IMG/VR virus record: IMGVR_UViG_3300037067_013349
Length of the DNA stretch: 64,000 bases
From: an uncultured virus (IMG/VR IMGVR_UViG_3300037067_013349)
Lineage: Duplodnaviria > Heunggongvirae > Uroviricota > Caudoviricetes
Direction: 5' to 3' (one strand)
Below the pieces are notes generated by a model. The model did not search any database, was not told where the DNA came from, and was given only the letters and a program-made list of their open reading frames with translations. The translations under genes and the position numbers were made by a program. Shown here piece after piece: positions 56,580-64,000 of this stretch (its first letter is position 1; each line of letters opens with the position of its first letter).

Positions 56580-57196
56580 TGGACAAACCACAGCCTAAAC
56601 GAATTCGATTATCAGGCCGAAGCTGCGGCAAGTCACATAGTGTTACTGTCGACGAGCTTCTGCAAGAAGAGATTGATATAATGGAGGCGTGGACTCTTGG
56701 GACTTGTTGGCTTCGCATTTCAGATGAAGGAAGATTGGAACAAAAAGCGCGATTTGAAGAGCTACCGTCTCCGATTCAAGATCCGAAAATTCCGCCGACA
56801 TGGGTTCATAAAACCGATTGGACTAAAGAAGCGCCTTTCTTACGCAATTCAGACCCACCTCTCCCGGAAGACGATCCAAATGTAAAGCACTGTGATCCCG
56901 GCGTCATTATTCGCAGCTTGTGTGGTTATAGCGATACGCCATATGAGCGTGAAGCACAGAAATTGCAATCATATGGTTTTGAATGTCTTCGGTCTCGTCG
57001 TGGCACTGACGGCAGATTCTGGGAATTGTGGTATCTCCCAGGACAGTGGTTTGCAAAAGGTGAATTAAAAGAAGCCATCGATAAAGTAGAAGGGTCGCCA
57101 GAGAAAGTAAAGGCGATGGTTAATTTTCTGTGTAGATACGTCTCCTTTGGTGCACTCGATGTCTGCTACCAACGAGCTTGCATGGTTTTGGACTAA
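56576..57196 (+). CDS. Hypothetical protein
   Basis: ORF. Confidence 0.75.
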   Translation: MMDKPQPKRIRLSGRSCGKSHSVTVDELLQEEIDIMEAWTLGTCWLRISDEGRLEQKARFEELPSPIQDPKIPPTWVHKTDWTKEAPFLRNSDPPLPEDDPNVKHCDPGVIIRSLCGYSDTPYEREAQKLQSYGFECLRSRRGTDGRFWELWYLPGQWFAKGELKEAIDKVEGSPEKVKAMVNFLCRYVSFGALDVCYQRACMVLD

Positions 57197-57371
57197 TGGA
57201 CAGTTTTGCGCCTAGTATTCGACTTCCTGATGGTAGAACCGTTCAACCTACTGGGTTCGAGTGGCTTCTTGCATATGCTATCGCTGGTTGCAAATGGGCT
57301 GAAGATCTATTACCAGAGGCAATAGAAAATCACAATAAAGCTGAAATCGAGAAACATCTTGGAGAGAACAT

Positions 57372-57914
57372 ATGACATTCGAAGAACTTTGGAAGAAGTA
57401 TGTGGAAGCGGTAGAGGCACGCGACGAATTATGCGAAAGGCAAAGCCCCTCTCTCAATGATGGCCTGATGACAGCTAAAGCCAAAGCCGAGCTTGATGAA
57501 GAGCGACAACGAAGAGAAAATCGTCGTAAAAGCACTAAAGAGATAGTGTTGGGGCACCCCGATTCGTTCGATTGCGTACGCTGCTGGATGGTCGATGCAA
57601 AGGGATCTTCATCAGAATGCTGCGCAATATCGCCGCAGTTGATCGAAGAGATGACAGAAGACGCGATGCAAGGGCTGGGGCATCAATACACCAAACAATT
57701 TGGTGCTCTAACTTCCGAAGTTAGAGATGTCATGGCGCAATGGAACTTGACTGATTCAGGAGGCGGTTGTAATAGTTGGCATCTGGGCTGCCATTGTACA
57801 GAAGCAGAAGCAAGAGAATTATGTGAGGCACTTTACAACAAGTTTTCGACTGCTATCAAAAGTGGATTATTGAAAATAGAGCGAAAAGCTTGGTCATTAC
57901 GCCTCAAAGATTAA
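57372..57914 (+). CDS. Hypothetical protein
   Basis: GGAG RBS. Confidence 0.7.
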   Translation: MTFEELWKKYVEAVEARDELCERQSPSLNDGLMTAKAKAELDEERQRRENRRKSTKEIVLGHPDSFDCVRCWMVDAKGSSSECCAISPQLIEEMTEDAMQGLGHQYTKQFGALTSEVRDVMAQWNLTDSGGGCNSWHLGCHCTEAEARELCEALYNKFSTAIKSGLLKIERKAWSLRLKD

Positions 57915-58116
57915 TTGCTTCTTCTATCTCTCTTGCTTTAGAGTTCATCAATCGTAGGGCTTCCGACAGTCTCATGGAATATGTCGGATCACAATCAGTT
58001 GGCTCTGCGAGTCTAGCGTCCGACTTATCTTTCGCCATCCGTGATTTTCGGACCTGCAGATATCTGCTGAAGTCTGCCGACTCCAAATCTAGAGGAATTA
58101 GCACATCTGACATCAT
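57904..58116 (-). CDS. Hypothetical protein
   Basis: ORF. Confidence 0.5.
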   Translation of the reverse strand: MMSDVLIPLDLESADFSRYLQVRKSRMAKDKSDARLAEPTDCDPTYSMRLSEALRLMNSKAREIEEAINL

Positions 58117-58142
58117 TATTCTACATCCTTGTATGCGTGTTG

Positions 58143-58826
58143 CTACACTAATCCGCTGTCTTTTCTGGCCTCCTCATACCAAGGCACTATCTTGTCAAGC
58201 CATTCAGCTTCCGTGGGATAATGCTTATCGCCTGGAACCCATTCCTCATTTACATACTCCATGGCGTTGTTTTCTTCATCGAGCCACCAGTGCTCGCCAA
58301 CGGCATATCCACCAACTGCCAGATAATTACTGCTGTCCGGATATCTTATCCAATTGAATGACACATATGGGTCGGTGAGCATACTAATAGCCCATTTAAC
58401 TTCCATTGGGCTATCATAGGGCACTGCCACACCACCGTGATATGATGGTCCATCGTCAGTGTCGTTCCAACCGCATTCTTTCATCACTTCACCGTTAATA
58501 GTGATGAAAACCCGCCCTTTGTGATTGATTAGAGCAATGCCTTCCATATTACCGATGACGACATGGTGAGCATGGGCAGTAATCCACTTATCATGCTCTG
58601 GCTCATCATCCAGCTTGATAGCCCGTTCCACGTCTTCGGGCATCTTACAGTAATTTGGATCTGCTTTCAGCAGGGCGTCAAATTTAAGGCCAGTCGCTTT
58701 TTCTATGGGCCTGTTGTCGCCAGGGCCTTCTGAATGTAGGCTTGCATCTTCCGCCGCTTTGTAACGTTCGGGTTTTTCTCCGTCCTGGAACTTCCAGCAC
58801 AGACCGCCATAATCTGAATATGACAT
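58143..58826 (-). CDS. Hypothetical protein
   Basis: MSYSDYGG start. Confidence 0.75.
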   Translation of the reverse strand: MSYSDYGGLCWKFQDGEKPERYKAAEDASLHSEGPGDNRPIEKATGLKFDALLKADPNYCKMPEDVERAIKLDDEPEHDKWITAHAHHVVIGNMEGIALINHKGRVFITINGEVMKECGWNDTDDGPSYHGGVAVPYDSPMEVKWAISMLTDPYVSFNWIRYPDSSNYLAVGGYAVGEHWWLDEENNAMEYVNEEWVPGDKHYPTEAEWLDKIVPWYEEARKDSGLV

Positions 58827-58834
58827 TTTATTTC

Positions 58835-59059
58835 CTAGTCCACGACGCGCGAATCGCTCCTACCTATCATCCGTTCGCCGTCAGGAGTGTAGCAGGACAA
58901 ACATTCTTCTGGAGTCCAATGGTAAGGAGGAGTCTGCCATACGCCGACTCTCATTCTCACAACGACCGTGGCGCTATCGAAATTCCAGCATCCGCCTTCT
59001 GCTCTATGGTTGTAAAAATCATTATGACATCCGCGACACATCGACTTATTTTTCGTCAT
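58835..59059 (-). CDS. Cys-rich small protein
   Basis: CRGCHNDFYN...CW. Confidence 0.65.
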   Translation of the reverse strand: MTKNKSMCRGCHNDFYNHRAEGGCWNFDSATVVVRMRVGVWQTPPYHWTPEECLSCYTPDGERMIGRSDSRVVD

Positions 59060-59225
59060 ACGATACCGTCCTTATGTAATCGAATGATGATGGCCGCCGT
59101 AAACCCGCCGAAAAATGCACCTTGTGTTAGCGACAGGTTGTACGCCTGACTAATGAGACCTGCACCATAGCAACAAATGAAAAACACAAGCGGAAATCTA
59201 ATAATTCGAAAAACATTCATAATCG

Positions 59226-59254
59226 TTTATAGCACGGAAAATGTTAGCAATTAA
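59226..59254 (-). promoter_or_regulatory. Conserved promoter
   Basis: TTAATT-N17-TATAAA, CCGTGC. Confidence 0.75.
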
Positions 59255-59894
59255 CCTTCGCGTGCGTATCAATCAGATGTTTGACATGGTTGTAGCAGTC
59301 TATACAGAGCATACAGCTGCGTTTGCTCAATGGGACGTATTTCGCCCACTCTTCATTTGGGATGTTAAACATTTCCGGCCAAAGCCTACCACATCGAGCA
59401 CACATGTTTGGATAGACGACATATGGCACACGTCCCATCTTCTCCAATCGCCGTTTCCATTCATCCTCTTGCTCCTTCGTGAGGCCGTTCTCGTATGCCC
59501 ACGTACCGGGCGAAGTATCGATGCCCAAAATTTTATAGCAACATCCACATGATAGAAGCTGACCGCCACAAAATGGGCACCGCTCCATATCACAATCAAA
59601 GTGGTGAAGCTCACCCTCTAACACGCCACAATCGTGACATTTATATCTTTCTGGTCTACTATCGATACAAAATGGCTGAAAAGGCAATCGCCCTTTTTTA
59701 TTTAGCATTATTCGCCATTTATCCGTCTCATCAGCAGTTAAACCACATGTGCCTTCACTTGTGTTGAGTTGTTTGTAACAACATCCACATGAAACAAGTT
59801 GCTTGCCGCAGAATGGGCATATCTCTAATTTACAGTTATCGGCGTGAAGCATACCAGAGCTGATACCACATCCAGGGCAATGGTCGATAAGCAT
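59244..59894 (-). CDS. Zn-binding protein with duplicated C..CG...H..C..E.CP.CG.QL.SCGC domain
   Basis: Internal duplication. Confidence 0.8.
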   Translation of the reverse strand: MLIDHCPGCGISSGMLHADNCKLEICPFCGKQLVSCGCCYKQLNTSEGTCGLTADETDKWRIMLNKKGRLPFQPFCIDSRPERYKCHDCGVLEGELHHFDCDMERCPFCGGQLLSCGCCYKILGIDTSPGTWAYENGLTKEQEDEWKRRLEKMGRVPYVVYPNMCARCGRLWPEMFNIPNEEWAKYVPLSKRSCMLCIDCYNHVKHLIDTHAKVNC

Positions 59895-59895
59895 A

Positions 59896-60366
59896 TTAGA
59901 CTTTCTGTAATTTCCAACTATTGCTACTGGTATCCCACCGGTATATCACTTCTTCAGTTCCATCAAGATTAAACCTGATAATACATGGATTAACTCCACA
60001 TGGGACGGATTCTAATATTTCATGAAGAGATGGGGTAGGCCCATCGTACATACCAAACGATCCTGGTTTTTCTTCATAACCGGCTGCGTATATGACTTCG
60101 TTGCGCTTCTCCACAGTAGGCGGACCATAGCTGGAAGGCGTATAACTTTCCGGTAGCTCATTAACTTCGTCTGTAACTACATCCACTGGAACAATATGGA
60201 CTATGGGATCGAATATGCGATCGGAGACTGCAGCCCTAAACCTCTCAATTCGTTTAGTCGCAATATCGTGTGTTGCGAATACGACAGTGTTATAGATTCT
60301 GCGTATTCGCCCCAAAGCGAACGTGTCTCTACCCTCAGCTTGAAGTTGAAAGACCTGCATTGTCAC
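59896..60366 (-). CDS. Hypothetical protein
   Basis: ORF. Confidence 0.65.
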   Translation of the reverse strand: MTMQVFQLQAEGRDTFALGRIRRIYNTVVFATHDIATKRIERFRAAVSDRIFDPIVHIVPVDVVTDEVNELPESYTPSSYGPPTVEKRNEVIYAAGYEEKPGSFGMYDGPTPSLHEILESVPCGVNPCIIRFNLDGTEEVIYRWDTSSNSWKLQKV

Positions 60367-60577
60367 GTAGCAGACTTCGCTCTGCTGGCGTCACCTTTCT
60401 ATACGCACCTTCAAATACTTCTTTTGGTGACCACGATTTGTAGCCATCCGGGTAAACAACAAAATAACCAGGCCGTGTCTCACGATTGTCAACATTTTCC
60501 CCTTTGTGCACTTTAAGAAAGGTGCACTCGTCCATCGGTTCAGCAGAAATAATTTTACAACCGATATACTGATTCAT
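60335..60577 (-). CDS. Conserved phage domain protein (GY.V.YPDGY.SWSPK.VFE.AY)
   Basis: Motif recognised from phage proteins often fused to DUF2829. Confidence 0.75.
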   Translation of the reverse strand: MNQYIGCKIISAEPMDECTFLKVHKGENVDNRETRPGYFVVYPDGYKSWSPKEVFEGAYRKVTPAERSLLRDNAGLSTSS

Positions 60578-60768
60578 GATTTCTCCTTCAGTCGTTTTTC
60601 AGCCCTGCGAATCATTGCCTTAGCAGCATTGATTCTTTTAGTGAAAGCGTTATAAACAGCAGCGTGCTGCCGTTGTCTTCCTCTTGTATCCACTAGCCGC
60701 TCTATAAGTTTTCTATTCGCTTCTATTTCGGCACGGATTTCTTCGTCAGTCTTACCCATTCTGCACAC
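60574..60768 (-). CDS. Basic coiled-coil protein
   Basis: ORF. Confidence 0.55.
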   Translation of the reverse strand: MCRMGKTDEEIRAEIEANRKLIERLVDTRGRQRQHAAVYNAFTKRINAAKAMIRRAEKRLKEKS

Positions 60769-61546
60769 AAGCGGTTAGAAAATCTGCAATTAAGCGTTTT
60801 TGATGCGGATGAAACCGCCATCTCACCCCAATATTTTTATATGCCCATTCAACTAAGCCCGTCCCTAGCTCTTTTGACATCGCAGCCCAATCAGCACACA
60901 TTTCAGCCAAGCTCAGATTATCCATTGCAGTTGCATTAACAATCTCGACAGCCGCCTTTCTGCCAGCATTCATTTTCATGTCTGGTGCATGAGATTCTGG
61001 ATGATGCTTATTAGTCGTAATATGATGAAAAGTGGCACAGTTAATGGCTTTGCGAATGTCTTCTGGTGTAGAAAACCCATGAACTTTGCAAGCAGGCATC
61101 GTTTTACACAACTCAGCGAAATCGTTGTTGGGATTGTCCTTTTCCCATGTTAGATAAACATACGGTATGAATTCGGGATCTCGATATTTACTGGCATCGT
61201 GGTTATAAGCGTTAGTCACCAATTCAGCACAAATTATACCAAAGCGGTAATAGATGATTTGCGCATATTTATTCACTAACGCTACATGTCGATTTGTTCT
61301 TTTATAGAACAAATCGACCATCTTTGACCACTGATCTTCAGGTTTTTGCTCCTGCTGCTCTTCCGCCATCAACTCATCTAACTTAGCATCGATACGACCC
61401 TTCAAATCTCGTAAATCCCGCACACCATAATCAGAGGTAGATGGAATGTCAATTATGTGCTGATCTTCTTCTTCCCATAGCTGATCAACAGGTATGCCAG
61501 CTACCTTAGCAGTTCGAGTAGCAACACAATCAACGGGCTTCCTCAT
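60752..61546 (-). CDS. DUF5662-like HD-fold protein
   Basis: HDASKY, HH..NKHHPE, EMCADW.AMS. Confidence 0.75.
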   Translation of the reverse strand: MRKPVDCVATRTAKVAGIPVDQLWEEEDQHIIDIPSTSDYGVRDLRDLKGRIDAKLDELMAEEQQEQKPEDQWSKMVDLFYKRTNRHVALVNKYAQIIYYRFGIICAELVTNAYNHDASKYRDPEFIPYVYLTWEKDNPNNDFAELCKTMPACKVHGFSTPEDIRKAINCATFHHITTNKHHPESHAPDMKMNAGRKAAVEIVNATAMDNLSLAEMCADWAAMSKELGTGLVEWAYKNIGVRWRFHPHQKRLIADFLTACVQNG

Positions 61547-61904
61547 TTTAATATCCTTATCAAAAGGAAACGACAATGAAGGATTGGGTACCTTCCGGAT
61601 GCAGCCGCTGTTAGCATTATGAACACTGGGACCTGCAACCATCCCTCAGTTCGCATAGCGTTTCCCGCCTGGGTAAGGATTGTCGTAGTCCTTAAAGTTC
61701 AGGTTCTATTGCTCTCGGAAGACCTGCTCTCTCTTTCGATGTCTCTTCATCATAACAATCGATGCATAGCACAGGGTATCCATGAGGATTTCCAAAATAG
61801 ACGCCGCAATGAGCGCAACAAAAACCTGATGCTATGTCGTTTGCAACTGTTTGCTCAGCAGATTCACCCATCTGTGCCCACCGCCTCTTCGTTTAGCTTG
61901 TCTT

Positions 61905-62378
61905 CTATTTTTTCAACACGTCATCGAGGCTTTCTTCTTGACTCGCACAACCCTCCTCATCGCCGCCGTCGTCATCGTCATCATCGAAGACATCAGCTTT
62001 ATCATCGCTAATATCTTCTATTATTTCGATGCAATGGATAAAGCCAACCTTTTTGACGTCCAATCCGATTGTAAGATTGGAAAGTTCTGGGATGACCTCA
62101 AATATCTTCTTCCAGAACAAGTACCTTGGCAGCTCTCTCTTTGTCGAGATGGCCGTACCAAATGGTGTATTAAGTATTTGTCCGCGAGCCATCATATCAT
62201 CGTAGAGGCCCAATACTTCTTCTAAGTGCTCCTTCGGTATACGCCAACTTCGTGGTTCTTTTTTCTTCTTTGTTGGAACTGATGCTACTTGTTTTCTCTT
62301 ATAGACAATAGCTACTAATATGCCAACACAAACGCTGAAGATAATACAAGATATAGCTATGACCATTTTAGTATCCAC
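61905..62378 (-). CDS. Membrane-anchored hypothetical protein
   Basis: N-terminal TM helix, acidic tail. Confidence 0.7.
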   Translation of the reverse strand: MDTKMVIAISCIIFSVCVGILVAIVYKRKQVASVPTKKKKEPRSWRIPKEHLEEVLGLYDDMMARGQILNTPFGTAISTKRELPRYLFWKKIFEVIPELSNLTIGLDVKKVGFIHCIEIIEDISDDKADVFDDDDDDGGDEEGCASQEESLDDVLKK

Positions 62379-63072
62379 TTAGATCGGCTTTTCCTAGGAC
62401 TGGCCCCGTAATTTGCTTCTTTACTTTCGGCGTATGTTGTCTAACGACGGGATTGGCAATGAGGCTACCAACGAGTGCAGTCCCTAAACATCGGCCAGTT
62501 AGAGAAACGATTCTCACTCTCTCTGGATTAGTACCAGCAAGAGCGGCCATTAGTGACTCTTGCGTCAATGTATGGAGATGGTACTCATCAACCGGCGTAT
62601 TGAGCCATTCGAAAATCCGAATTCTTCTGCCAATCTTTTTAGCATTTTGTAAGACTAGCGTCGGATCTTCTACATGTTGTAGACAGTTATAAATCCACAC
62701 TTCATCGGCAATCGGCAAATCACCGATTTCTTCACCGCCCTTGTTAATGAATTCGATGTTGTACATCTCATATCGACGAAAAACGGATGGTGGCCATGGA
62801 ATCGGATCGACAGCTGTTAATTTGCCTGCATTATAGCAACGAAGCAGCAACGACCATGGACCAGAACCGATGTCGATGATTGAGGCACCATCAAGATCAA
62901 TATCTCCGTGCTCATCACCGTATTCATCAAATATACCCATTTCTTGGGCGTAGGTCGTCTGCTTGACAATTTCGCCTAGAGCGTTCATGTCGTAACAGTT
63001 ACCCCAAAATTCAGCTTCTGCTGCTCGACGACGTTGAATATCCGCTTCGTTAGTCATTTTCTCTGCAACCAT
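62368..63072 (-). CDS. Class I SAM-dependent methyltransferase
   Basis: IIDIGSGP, AVDP, YNCLQHVEDP. Confidence 0.85.
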   Translation of the reverse strand: MVAEKMTNEADIQRRRAAEAEFWGNCYDMNALGEIVKQTTYAQEMGIFDEYGDEHGDIDLDGASIIDIGSGPWSLLLRCYNAGKLTAVDPIPWPPSVFRRYEMYNIEFINKGGEEIGDLPIADEVWIYNCLQHVEDPTLVLQNAKKIGRRIRIFEWLNTPVDEYHLHTLTQESLMAALAGTNPERVRIVSLTGRCLGTALVGSLIANPVVRQHTPKVKKQITGPVLGKADLSGY

Positions 63073-63085
63073 GTTGTTATGGCCC

Positions 63086-63319
63086 TTATCTATGGACCTT
63101 CCTTATTTTCGAGCCAATACTAAACGGAGATCGCTCAGCTTTCTCTACCAGATTATTAAAAGCTTGATCTCGTGATTTTTCAGTGGCATACCAATCACAT
63201 CTTCCATACCAGCATCCAAACAACATTCTAAAATACTCTATGCCGAAAGGTTTCTTCTTAGGGGCTTTCTTTTGATGATGTGGAGCATCATCAAATTCTA
63301 GATCAGCATTTCTGCTCAT
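63086..63319 (-). CDS. Hypothetical protein
   Basis: GGAGG RBS. Confidence 0.6.
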   Translation of the reverse strand: MSRNADLEFDDAPHHQKKAPKKKPFGIEYFRMLFGCWYGRCDWYATEKSRDQAFNNLVEKAERSPFSIGSKIRKVHR

Positions 63320-63819
63320 CGTGCCTCCAAGAACGCGGTGGTTCCAACTACACGTGCAATATCATAGTTATGTGATTTACAAAAATCATTTACTGCTCGA
63401 ATAACAGCTCTGGCAGCAGTGCGTCGAAGTGTCGCTTTCGCAAAATCGTGTACTGCGATGGTACTACCTGGTTTCATAACCAGTAAGCTGACTTCTAAAT
63501 CGCGATAGCACGAATGATACGAATGATCGCCATCTACGATTATTATATCAAACGTCGGGGCGACCCGCAATAATAATAAGTCATCGACCGTACCAGTCAA
63601 TAACCGCATATTTGGTAGCCGATTGTCGTACCATTTTAACCCAGCTCGCTTCCAGTGTAAAGGATCTATACTGAAGAAGACAGAATCAGGACGAGCGGCA
63701 GCCCATTGTGCAACAGTAACTCCATGAAATGTACCAATTTCCAATACCACACTGTGGGCGGGTATTATCTCTAAAATAGCTTCGACTTCCTCCGGAAGCA
63801 TTAACGACTTGTTTTCCAC
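63316..63819 (-). CDS. Methyltransf_24-type SAM methyltransferase
   Basis: VLEIGTFHG, FDIIIVDGDHSY, IAVHD. Confidence 0.88.
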   Translation of the reverse strand: MENKSLMLPEEVEAILEIIPAHSVVLEIGTFHGVTVAQWAAARPDSVFFSIDPLHWKRAGLKWYDNRLPNMRLLTGTVDDLLLLRVAPTFDIIIVDGDHSYHSCYRDLEVSLLVMKPGSTIAVHDFAKATLRRTAARAVIRAVNDFCKSHNYDIARVVGTTAFLEAR

Positions 63820-64000
63820 TGAAATTCCCGTTATTGGTAATGGGCTCCGACGACTGGTCTGGTGTCGTGTGGTACTTTTACGGTTTTACAACAATAATGT
63901 TTTGTAGATTTACTTTTACTTCTTTGCATTTTCGCAAGATGCCGTTGTTTAATCTCTTCTGCTTCAGCATTTATTTGTTCTTCGCTTGGTGTGTATGGGT

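Noticed and set aside
1..64000. Stop-codon reassignment
   Set aside because: Conserved genes (ligA, helicase, ATPase) are intact in code 11, all three stops end genes, and coding density is high.

Overview
A 64-kb piece of a large (probably jumbo) dsDNA phage genome in the standard genetic code, densely packed with short hypothetical genes. Recognisable genes are an RNA ligase fused to an S4 domain, a secreted thioredoxin of a type I associate with Planctomycetota, a Cdc123/R2K ATP-grasp protein, NADAR, SLOG and macrodomain proteins, NAD-dependent DNA ligase, an SF2 helicase, tRNA-Leu(UAA), an HNH protein, a Pol-beta nucleotidyltransferase, two methyltransferases and a 2224-aa collagen-like fibre. 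A visibly more GC-rich central block (~17.6-40.5 kb) looks like an early/host-takeover region. About 33 copies of a TTAATA-N17-(CGTGC)TATAAT promoter occur in the window, most in this block, which also has a conserved ACACACAGGAG leader and a TTTCCA-N3-TGGAAA palindrome. The strongest candidate for an undescribed system lies at 20-28.4 kb. It is a Ycf46-like AAA+ ATPase whose Walker B block precedes its Walker A block, encoded with DUF1257-, DUF2997- and DUF3150-like genes and several unrelated proteins sharing a C-terminal R-x-[IL]-x-[IL]-D tag. All family assignments come from motif recognition by eye, without database searches.
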